Assembly: GCA_044344255.1 (NCBI GenBank) | Contig: JBIJDH010000026.1 | Coordinates: 1-64,000, forward strand | Length of the DNA stretch: 64,000 bases | From: Myxococcota bacterium | GTDB lineage: Bacteria; Myxococcota_A; UBA796; UBA2385 | Direction: 5' to 3' | Part shown: piece by piece, positions 56,771 through 64,000 of the stretch | How positions within the stretch are numbered: position 1 is the stretch's first letter | How the letters are laid out: each line of letters opens with the position of its first letter | The notes under the pieces: model-generated | What the model was told of the DNA's origin: nothing | The model's input: the letters and a program-made list of their open reading frames with translations, nothing else | Database searches by the model: none | Position numbers and translations under genes: made by a program

Positions 56771-58300
56771 ATGACCACCCCCGCCTGGGAGCCCACCGAC
56801 GAGCAGCTTGGGGAGGCCGACCTCACGGCCTTCCAAGAGGCGTTGGAGACGGACTGGGACATCGCCTTTGATGAGCCCGCCGAGCTGTGGCGCTGGTCCG
56901 TCGAGGCGATGGACTGCTTTTGGCTCACCTTCAAAGACCACGCCGAGCTCCTCGCTGACACCTGGGGGGAGACGGTGGTCGAGCCCTCCGAGTCCCCTCC
57001 GGGGGCGCGCTGGTTCCCCGAAGCCAGCTTCAGCCTGGCGCGCAACCTGCTTCCGCGGCGCGATGAGGCGCTGGCGCTGGTCATCGTGAACGAAGCGGGG
57101 GTGCACCGCTGGAGCTGGGAGAGGCTGGCGGCGGAGGTGAGCCGCGTCCGCCAGGCCCTCCGCGCCGACGGGCTCCGGTCGGGTGACCGCCTGCTCCTCG
57201 GCCTCCCCGCCTGCCCGGAGGCGGTCGCCCTCTTCATCGCCGCGGCGGCCGAGGGGCTCACCGTCGCGCACCTCCCGCCCGGCTCTCCGGTCGAGGCGGC
57301 CCGAGGCCCGCTCGCGCAGCTCCGGCCGTCCTGCGCCGTAACGGTCGCGGGGGGCCTCGACCGCAGCCTCGCGGCCCTCCTGCCTGGCCTGCCGCGCGTC
57401 TCCCTCGCGCTGGGTCTCGTCGAGGGGCCTCCGGGCCTCCGGGCCTACGCCGGCTGGATCGCCCCCTTCGGCCCTATCGAGCTCGAGGCCGAGGGCCGGC
57501 CCTTCGATCATCCGCTCCTCGTCTCGTTCGTCGCGGAGGCAAGTGGGGCGGGGCTCGGCGTGGTGCACGGCGCCGGGGGCCTGTTTCTCCATCACCGAAA
57601 GGAGCAGCGCCTGGAGGTCGATCTCCGCCCCGGTGACCGCCTCCTCGCCGTCAGCCGCCCCGAGGCCGCCCCGTGGGTGTGGCTCGTGCACGCCCTAGGC
57701 GGTGGGCATGGCCTCATCTTGATCGACCCCTCCGTCACGACGGAGGCAGGGCCCGGCCGGGAGAGCGCCCTCGCCCTCGCCGCGACGGAGGCCTACAGTC
57801 ACCTCTGCGGCGACGGGGCGGCCCTCCGTCTCCTCGGTCCCGCCTCGCTGGGCGGAGGCTCGCTGAGCGGGGGCTCGCTGCGCGCCTGGGTCTGCCTGGC
57901 GGGGCCGCTCTCGGAGGCGGACCGGTCGGCCCTGGAGGGGTTGGACCTCCGCGGTCGACGTGTCATCGAGCTCTGCTCGGATCCGCTCGCCCGCTGTGTC
58001 GTCGCTGGCGGCCACCCCTGGGCCGCCGCCCGTTGGGGAGAGCTCAGCACCCCTGCGCTGGGCATGGGCATGGAGCTCTGGACGGGAGAGGGGGAGGCCG
58101 CCGAAGGTGAAGGGCTGGTCGTGATCCTCACCCCCTTCCCCGGGATGCCCGTCGCCCTGCTCGATGACCCCGGCGGCCTCCGCTTCCAAGCGGCTGGCTT
58201 CGGTCGATGGCCCGAGGTCTGGAGCAGCGGCCTTCGCCTCGTCCGCGCGGCCTCCGGCGGCTTCACGACCTGCGAACCCGGCAGCGTGACCGCGCTGTGA
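56771..58300 (+). CDS. Degenerate, truncated acetoacetyl-CoA synthetase-like protein
   Basis: ELWRWSV...FW, GARWFP.A..S.A.NLL, PFDHPL, H.KE..L..DL.PGD, PFP.MP....DDP.G are present; the adenylation P-loop and C-terminal domain are not. Confidence 0.7.
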   Translation: MTTPAWEPTDEQLGEADLTAFQEALETDWDIAFDEPAELWRWSVEAMDCFWLTFKDHAELLADTWGETVVEPSESPPGARWFPEASFSLARNLLPRRDEALALVIVNEAGVHRWSWERLAAEVSRVRQALRADGLRSGDRLLLGLPACPEAVALFIAAAAEGLTVAHLPPGSPVEAARGPLAQLRPSCAVTVAGGLDRSLAALLPGLPRVSLALGLVEGPPGLRAYAGWIAPFGPIELEAEGRPFDHPLLVSFVAEASGAGLGVVHGAGGLFLHHRKEQRLEVDLRPGDRLLAVSRPEAAPWVWLVHALGGGHGLILIDPSVTTEAGPGRESALALAATEAYSHLCGDGAALRLLGPASLGGGSLSGGSLRAWVCLAGPLSEADRSALEGLDLRGRRVIELCSDPLARCVVAGGHPWAAARWGELSTPALGMGMELWTGEGEAAEGEGLVVILTPFPGMPVALLDDPGGLRFQAAGFGRWPEVWSSGLRLVRAASGGFTTCEPGSVTAL

Positions 58301-58968
58301 GCGGTCTCCGCACCCTACTCGACGTGCTCTGGCCCGACGTGTGCCCCGGCTGCGGGGGCCTCGCCGGCACCCACGGTGAGACGCCCCTCTGCGCCGCCTG
58401 CGACGCCCTCGTGCCCACGCTGCCCCGCGCCGTCGCCGTGCCCCCGCCCGTGGCCGGGGCCTGGGTGCTCGGCCCCTATGAGGGGGTGCTGGGGGCGCTC
58501 CTCCGGCGGGGGAAGTACCGCCCAGATCCGCTGCTGGTCGAGGCCCTGGGAGAGCGCCTCGCCGAGGCCGCCTGCGGCCGTGTCCCGCCTGTCGATCGGA
58601 TCGTCCCGGTCCCGGTCACCCTCTCCCGCCGCCTGCAGCGCGGCTTCAACCAGGCCGAGCTCCTCGGCGCCCCGCTGGCCCGCGCCCTCGGCCTCCCCCT
58701 CGAGCGCGCCCTCCAGCGGGAGATCGCGGGCAAGCAGGCCGCGCTCGATCAGGCCGGCCGACAGCGCGGCGCCCGAGAGGCCTTCCGCAGCGCCACCACC
58801 CTGTCCGGCCGCGTGCTCCTCGTCGATGACGTGCTCACCACCGGCGCCACCGCCGCCGCCTGCGCCACCGAGCTCCTCGGCGCCGGGGCCAGCCGGGTGT
58901 ACCTGCTCACGCTCGTCGCCAGCCGGATGGAGCCCCCCGCGCCGACGCCCGCCCGCCCCGCGGCTTGA
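58297..58968 (+). CDS. comF: ComF-family phosphoribosyltransferase-like protein
   Basis: CPGC...LC.AC zinc finger, VPVP....RGFNQAE, VLLVDDVLTTGAT. Confidence 0.9.
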   Translation: MSGLRTLLDVLWPDVCPGCGGLAGTHGETPLCAACDALVPTLPRAVAVPPPVAGAWVLGPYEGVLGALLRRGKYRPDPLLVEALGERLAEAACGRVPPVDRIVPVPVTLSRRLQRGFNQAELLGAPLARALGLPLERALQREIAGKQAALDQAGRQRGAREAFRSATTLSGRVLLVDDVLTTGATAAACATELLGAGASRVYLLTLVASRMEPPAPTPARPAA

Positions 58969-58977
58969 GAGTGGACC

Positions 58978-59026
58978 AATGTCCGAAGATTCGGACATTG
59001 TCCGAAGTGTTGAATGATGACCGGAG
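58978..59026. promoter_or_regulatory. Palindrome and repeated half-sites, putative enhancer-binding-protein site
   Basis: AATGTCCGAA-GA-TTCGGACATT; TG(T/A)CCG(A/G)A half-sites at 58980, 58999 and 59018. Confidence 0.65.
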
Positions 59027-59095
59027 CTGAGCAATTCCGGAGACCTGGAGCGATCCGGTGACATGAGCGGCCCGGCGGCGCCGCCCTGTTTTCGA

Positions 59096-59111
59096 TGGCA
59101 CGGTTCCTGCA
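59096..59111 (+). promoter_or_regulatory. Putative sigma54 promoter
   Basis: TGGCAC-GGTTC-CTGCA. Confidence 0.7.
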
Positions 59112-59142
59112 TAAACTGTGCTGGCCTCACCCCGGAGTCCCC

Positions 59143-59391
59143 ATGAACCTCGCCCTCCGCAGCGCCCCCTCTGCCGCCGCCTCTGCCACCTCTGGTGCTC
59201 CGCGTCGGTCCCCGGCCCCCCGCGTCGAGACCCGCCAGACCACCCTCGGCGACCTCATCTCTCTGTTCTACGACGAGTTCATGGAGCAGTACGGCGATCC
59301 CGAGCTGGCCAGCGTGGCCGCCGCCGCCGTGATCAATGACCTCCTCTCCCGCGAGGCCAGTGAGTCCGCGTCGATGGAGGCGGCCGCCTGA
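59143..59391 (+). CDS. Small acidic hypothetical protein (82 aa)
   Basis: RBS GGAG; ordered core TTLGDLISLFYDEFMEQYGDPELASVAAAAVINDLL; has its own promoter and terminator. Confidence 0.75.
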   Translation: MNLALRSAPSAAASATSGAPRRSPAPRVETRQTTLGDLISLFYDEFMEQYGDPELASVAAAAVINDLLSREASESASMEAAA

Positions 59392-59416
59392 ACGGTCGTC
59401 ACCACCACCCCGGGGC

Positions 59417-59454
59417 GAGCGCCGGACGTACCCACGTCCGGCGTTCTCTTTTTT
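59417..59454 (+). terminator. Intrinsic terminator
   Basis: GAGCGCCGGACGT-ACCC-ACGTCCGGCGTTC followed by TCTTTTTT. Confidence 0.85.
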
Positions 59455-59606
59455 GGGCCCGCGCCGCGGAGCGGACCGCCGATCTTTCACCGGCGTTTTC
59501 ACCCGCACGATCTCGCAGGGCCGGCCCGACCTCCCCTCCCGCGTTACAATGTTGACCCCCCTCGTGCGGCGCACGAGGTAGGTCGCCCCGCGATATCCCC
59601 GCCGTC

Positions 59607-59658
59607 CTCTTGACGCTGTCTCTTGACGCTGTCTCTTGACGCCGTCTCTTGATGCTGC
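59607..59658. repeat. 13-bp tandem repeat (CTCTTGACGCTGT)x4
   Basis: Two perfect and two variant copies upstream of the 59733 ORF. Confidence 0.92.
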
Positions 59659-59732
59659 GTCTCCCGCCGCTTCTCCGCCCGCCCCTCCTCCCGCCTCGAA
59701 GCCTCACCGCCTCCCCGGCACCGGGCTCCCCC

Positions 59733-61238
59733 ATGACGTCACCCGGCACTCCGTCGGTCCCCACCCCCGATCTCGCGCGCTCGATCTGGCTCCCGATCAC
59801 CGTTCGGGTCGCCTGGGAGCTGGTCCTCGCCCGCATCAACGTTCGCCCCGACGTGCTCATCGACGCGCGTGAGCACGTGCTGCGCTGCCTCCCCGAGGGC
59901 GCAGGCGTGGATGAGGCCGAGCGGGTCGCCCCCCACCTCGTCCGCGACTACCTCGTTCGGGTCAAGGAGGGAAAGGTTCGGCGTTTTACGCCGGATCCGG
60001 ACGCCTCTTTCGAGATCCCCCGCTCCTGGCGGACGCACATCCTCGCCGACCTTGACCCCTTGAGCGACGCCATCCTTCGCCTCCATTACGGCGATGGTGT
60101 CCCCCTCGAGCAGGTCGAGAAGCAGGTCGGCGCCTACAAGAGCACGGTGGCCGCCGCGGTCGATGGTCTGCGCGAGAGCCTGCGCGCCGTCGGCTCCCGG
60201 GACGGTGACGTGCTCGCGGGCTGGACCGACGCCCGCGTCGACCGCCTGCTCGGCCACATCGCCAACCTCGCCGAGCCCGGCTGCCCCGGTCCCGGCGGCC
60301 TGCTCTCCGAGGCAGGCCAGACCCACGCCGATCGCTGCCCGCGCTGCAGCCGGGCGATTCGCCTGCTCCGCGGTGGCGTGCTCGCGGCCAAGGACCTCTT
60401 CCCGCCCCCCGGCAACACCATCCTGCCGGACACGCGGGAGGGCATCTTCGCCCTGCTCGTCCACCCCGACGCCCAAAAGCACAAGCGGAGGATGGACGAG
60501 CTGCTCGGTGACAACGTCGTCCCCGCCGGCCCCGACTGCTGGCTCGTGACCGAAAGCAAGCTGTCTGCGGTGGTCCCGGTGCTGGAGGCCCTCTGCGAGG
60601 ACGCCTCCCCGCCGCGCCACCACTTCCGCGGCGCCCTCGTGGGCGGCCCGGGCCGCTGGGCGGGCAACGTCCCCCTCGGCATGGTGGCGGTGCAGGCCAT
60701 TGAGGCCGCCCGCGCTCGCCCCTGGTCGGACGTGGGCAAGGTCTGTGAGCTGCCGGCGCCCCTCCCGCAGCCCCCCAAGGCGACGGGCTGGTGGGCCTCC
60801 GCGGGCGCCCTGGCCCTGGTCGTGGTCGCGGTGGGCGCCTTCGTGTTGAGCCCCTCGGCGCCAGAGCCCCTCACGCCGCTCGACGCCGCCTTCGCCTCCA
60901 CCGGCACGTCCTGGGATGTCCGCTTCGACACCCGCGATCTGGCCGTGGTCGACCTCGTCGCCCTCGACGGTGCGGGGCGACTCTCTGTGGTCCGTCGGGA
61001 CATGCGGGCCACAAAGGGGACCCTCTCCACCGGAGAGGGGGACTACCGGATGCGGGTGCCCGGTGAGGCCGTCGCCGTGCTGGCCAGCCCCGATGGGATC
61101 GCAGACCTCGACTCCCTCGTGGACGACGCCAACGACGAGCCGGCGCCGCTGCAGGCCCTCGCCAAGAAGGTGCGGGCGCAGAACGACCGCGCCGACGTCG
61201 CGGTCTCCCCGGGTGGCCACCCGGCGTCGGCCCGTTAG
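59733..61238 (+). CDS. Hypothetical membrane protein with a sigma70 region-4-like HTH and a ZAS-type zinc finger
   Basis: LADLDPLSDAILRLHYGDGVPLEQV..QVG..KSTV; GCP...HADRCPRC; TM WWASAGALALVVVAVGAFVL. Confidence 0.65.
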   Translation: MTSPGTPSVPTPDLARSIWLPITVRVAWELVLARINVRPDVLIDAREHVLRCLPEGAGVDEAERVAPHLVRDYLVRVKEGKVRRFTPDPDASFEIPRSWRTHILADLDPLSDAILRLHYGDGVPLEQVEKQVGAYKSTVAAAVDGLRESLRAVGSRDGDVLAGWTDARVDRLLGHIANLAEPGCPGPGGLLSEAGQTHADRCPRCSRAIRLLRGGVLAAKDLFPPPGNTILPDTREGIFALLVHPDAQKHKRRMDELLGDNVVPAGPDCWLVTESKLSAVVPVLEALCEDASPPRHHFRGALVGGPGRWAGNVPLGMVAVQAIEAARARPWSDVGKVCELPAPLPQPPKATGWWASAGALALVVVAVGAFVLSPSAPEPLTPLDAAFASTGTSWDVRFDTRDLAVVDLVALDGAGRLSVVRRDMRATKGTLSTGEGDYRMRVPGEAVAVLASPDGIADLDSLVDDANDEPAPLQALAKKVRAQNDRADVAVSPGGHPASAR

Positions 61239-61309
61239 GCCAGAGGCCGCCGCCCCCCGCCGCCGCCCGTCGGCCGCTCCCCTGGCCCCCCTTCCCTGAG
61301 CCGATCCCG

Positions 61310-61777
61310 ATGCGCGTCACGCCCCTCGACATCATCCAGAAGCAGTTCGGGCCCGCGCGCCGGGGCGGGGTCGATCAAGACGAGGTCAAGCAGTTCCTCG
61401 ACGAGATCCGGGACTCGATGGAGGAGCTGCTCAAGGAGAACCAGCGCCTCCGGGATCAGCTCGGCCGGCGAGAGGCCGAGATCGGCGAGCTGCGCAGCAG
61501 CGAGTCTGACATCAAGGAGACGCTCCTCCTCGCCCGCCGCCTCTCCGAGGACATGGAGCGGAATTCCCGTCGCGAGGCCGACGTCATCGTCGGAGAGGCC
61601 CGCCTCGAGGCCGAGCGCATCCTGATGGCGGTCTCCGAGGAGCGCCGTGAGCTGCAGGCCGACATCGTGCGCCTGCGCTCCAACCGCATCAAGCTGCAGG
61701 TCGATCTGCGCGCGGTCATCGACACCTACGGCCGCATCCTCGACACCATGGAGCACGACTCCGGCTCGAACACGTGA
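61310..61777 (+). CDS. divIVA: DivIVA-domain protein
   Basis: MRVTPLDIIQKQF....RGG.D..EV.QFL plus coiled coil; ETLLLA. Confidence 0.88.
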   Translation: MRVTPLDIIQKQFGPARRGGVDQDEVKQFLDEIRDSMEELLKENQRLRDQLGRREAEIGELRSSESDIKETLLLARRLSEDMERNSRREADVIVGEARLEAERILMAVSEERRELQADIVRLRSNRIKLQVDLRAVIDTYGRILDTMEHDSGSNT

Positions 61778-62619
61778 GCCCCCCAGGGCCCCTGTCCATC
61801 CGCCGCGGTCGGCTCGACCTCCACCTGCACTCCAACCGCTCGGACGGGCGCCACGAGCCCCGGTTCGTGCTGCAGACCTGCGCCGCCGCCGGCGTCACCC
61901 TGGCGGCGCTCACCGACCACGACCTGCCCCCCGCCCTCGACGGCGGCGCCTACACCTTCGGCGAGCGGTCGATCATCCACCTCGAGGCCGCCGAGGTCTC
62001 CGGGGCCTGGGCCGGGCGAGAGCTGCACCTGCTGGTCTACTTCCCGTCCAAGATGCCCGAGGACTACCGGGAGCTCTTGCGGGGGCGCGCCCGCTTCCGG
62101 GCCCGCCGCTGGGACGCATTTCGGGCCGCGGCCGGCCTTGAGGCGCGCCTGCCGCCGGCCCCCGAGGAGGCCCTGGCTGGGCGCCTCGCGCTCACCCGCC
62201 ACCACCTCGCCCGGGCCCTGCTCGACGCCGAGGTCGTCTCTCGCTGGCAGGAGGCCTTTGACGGGCCGCTGAACCCGGCGAGCGGCCTGCTGCTCCCGCT
62301 CGACCTCAGCTTCCCCGAGGCCATCGCCGGGGCCCGCGCGGCCGGCGCGGTCTGCTCCTGGGCCCACCCCGAGCTCGACGACGCGCGCGCCTGGGCTGGC
62401 ACCTTCGCCGGGATGGGCCTCCAGGGCCTCGAGTCGGGCCGGCCCGGCATCGGGCGCCTGATGCGCGAGGAGCTCGGCCGCGTGGCTCACAAGCACCGCC
62501 TCTTCCTCACCGGCGGCACGGACTGGCACGGGTGGAGCGGGGAGCGGCCGAGCTTCTCCTTCCCGATGCGGGAGGGTCACGCCTTCGTGAGCGCGCTCGG
62601 ACTCCCCACCGGTCCTTGA
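61774..62619 (+). CDS. PHP-domain phosphatase (YciV/TrpH-like)
   Basis: DLHLHSNRSDG, ALTDHD, ELHLL.Y, R.H.A..L, AHP, TGGTDWHG. Confidence 0.88.
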   Translation: MSPPGPLSIRRGRLDLHLHSNRSDGRHEPRFVLQTCAAAGVTLAALTDHDLPPALDGGAYTFGERSIIHLEAAEVSGAWAGRELHLLVYFPSKMPEDYRELLRGRARFRARRWDAFRAAAGLEARLPPAPEEALAGRLALTRHHLARALLDAEVVSRWQEAFDGPLNPASGLLLPLDLSFPEAIAGARAAGAVCSWAHPELDDARAWAGTFAGMGLQGLESGRPGIGRLMREELGRVAHKHRLFLTGGTDWHGWSGERPSFSFPMREGHAFVSALGLPTGP

Positions 62620-62780
62620 CCGTCGGCAGGGATCTGCGCCTTGCCAGGGTCGAGGCCGGTGGGTACGATTCCGCCCCTTCGGGTCCCACCCGACGGTGGG
62701 CCGGCTCCGCGCCGGTTCAACAAGCAGCGACTCCAGCCCGCGTCCTCATCCTGATCTTCATCCTCTTGCCGGGAGCTGTC

Positions 62781-63086
62781 ATGGCCGACACCGCCACCTT
62801 CTTCTCCGACTACCTGCCTGCGAAGCTGAGCAACCCAGGCCTCGCCGCCGAGACGGGTGTCTTCCAGTTCGACATCAAGGACGCCGGCACCTGGACGCTC
62901 GATCTCGGCGCCAAGACCGTGACCGAGGGCGCCCACGCCGCCCCCGGCTGCAAGATCACCGTCGACAAGGCCACCTGGGAGGGCATCCTCGACAAGCCGG
63001 CCAACGCCACCATGGCCGTGATGACCGGCAAGATGAAGGTGACCAACCTCGGCATGGCCACCAAGCTCCAGAAGATCCTGGCCTGA
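62781..63086 (+). CDS. SCP2 sterol/lipid-binding domain protein
   Basis: FQFDI...GTW..D, A.MTGKMKV.N.G.A.KL..IL. Confidence 0.88.
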   Translation: MADTATFFSDYLPAKLSNPGLAAETGVFQFDIKDAGTWTLDLGAKTVTEGAHAAPGCKITVDKATWEGILDKPANATMAVMTGKMKVTNLGMATKLQKILA

Positions 63087-63122
63087 ACCTTCGAGCTCGC
63101 TAAACGCACAGCTTGAATGCAC

Positions 63123-63158
63123 GGAAGGCCGCGGAGGATCACCCCTCCGCGGCCTTCC
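63123..63158. terminator. Hairpin between convergent genes (bidirectional terminator)
   Basis: Perfect 15-bp stem GGAAGGCCGCGGAGG/CCTCCGCGGCCTTCC. Confidence 0.8.
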
Positions 63159-63176
63159 AAATTTCGGGTCGCTCGC

Positions 63177-64000
63177 TCAGAGCTGGCGGCGGATCCGCCA
63201 GGTGGCGATGGCCCCCACGATGGTGGCGCCCGGCACGAAGAGCAGGCAGATCAGCACGCTCAGCAGCATCTGGACGAGGTCCATCGAGAGCTTGCCAGCG
63301 GCCGCCTCGTTCGGGCGGATGCTGACCTGGTCCTCCTCCCCCACGAGCCAGGCGATCGTGTTCGGGAACACGTCCTGGTTGCTCACCTGGTCGATGAGCG
63401 CGTTGGAGGTGAGCTCCGCGTCCCCGGCCACCACCACCTTGCCCCCGGCCTTGCGGACGAGGTCGGCCGGCGGGGCCCCCGTGACCGCCGTCGGGACGGC
63501 CCCACCCGGCAGGGGGGACTGGAGCTCGCCCACCGCGCCGAGGGTGGTGGCGCCCACGGCGAGAGCGGCGGGATCGTTGACCTCGGCCACGGCGAAGACC
63601 GAGACCGGGCCGAGCTTGTCGGCGCCATCGGGGGCGGGCTGGGTGGTGCCGTCGAGCGTGCTCTCGCCCCAGGCCTGCGCCGAGGTGTGGGCGAGCTCCG
63701 TCACCGTCACGCCGGTCACCTCGGGCCCCTTGGACACCGAGCGCACCGCGTGCATCAGCACGCCGCCCTTGATGTCCCCGGTGACCGGGTGGGGCGCGAA
63801 GCCGGAGGGGTCGAGGAAGAGGTAGGTGGGGTCGCCGCCGGCGGACTGCAGGTCGGCGTTGGGCTCGATGACGAGGTCGTCGCCCACGGTGATGCCGTAG
63901 CGGGCCATGTCACGGGCGAGCAGGGGCGTGTCGAGCACGTCGAGGAGGGCGACGAACTTGCCGCCCCCTGCCACGTAGGCGGCCGCCATCTCGCGCTCGC
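63177..64000 (-). CDS. GldG-like ABC transporter auxiliary protein (C-terminal part; continues beyond the window)
   Basis: YV.GGG, HPVT, GKVVVAGD, N.D...N.I.WL......SIRP, C-terminal TM ending WRIRR. Confidence 0.8.
   Translation of the reverse strand, partial: EREMAAAYVAGGGKFVALLDVLDTPLLARDMARYGITVGDDLVIEPNADLQSAGGDPTYLFLDPSGFAPHPVTGDIKGGVLMHAVRSVSKGPEVTGVTVTELAHTSAQAWGESTLDGTTQPAPDGADKLGPVSVFAVAEVNDPAALAVGATTLGAVGELQSPLPGGAVPTAVTGAPPADLVRKAGGKVVVAGDAELTSNALIDQVSNQDVFPNTIAWLVGEEDQVSIRPNEAAAGKLSMDLVQMLLSVLICLLFVPGATIVGAIATWRIRRQL

Noticed and set aside
1..64000. tRNA or rRNA genes
   Set aside because: None recognised by eye; intergenic gaps are short and lack cloverleaf signatures. A tRNAscan-SE/Infernal run would settle this.

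Overview
High-GC bacterial DNA that looks Myxococcota-like (Asp/Ala-repeat lipoproteins, DCDD...DNDCDG repeat, SWIM-SNF2, PilY1 operon, several sigma54 promoters); the taxonomy is inferred from gene content only. About 1-27 kb is an accessory envelope/stress region. It opens with the 3' end of an ISAs1-family element and carries OM barrel and OmpA genes, an MlaE/F/D system, a cyclic beta-1,2-glucan synthase split by a one-base frameshift, and a cluster of small general-stress proteins (lmo0937-like, holin-like, YtxH, CsbD). It also holds two convergent OmpA + ice-binding (DUF3494) lipoprotein cassettes, one interrupted by a ~347-bp IS21-like miniature element. At 26.9-28.6 kb a consensus sigma54 promoter, a 13-bp x4 repeat, a 41-aa peptide gene and a JmjC/cupin 2OG-Fe(II) oxygenase form a candidate undescribed RiPP-like system, the best lead in the window. 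About 28.6-64 kb is more core-like: glycosyltransferases, sulfatase-like proteins, spherulin-4, a second MCE gene, SNF2 helicase, a type IV minor pilin-pilY1 operon, ComF, a sigma4/zinc-finger membrane protein, DivIVA, PHP, SCP2 and a partial GldG-like gene. All calls come from motif recognition by eye; no database searches were run.
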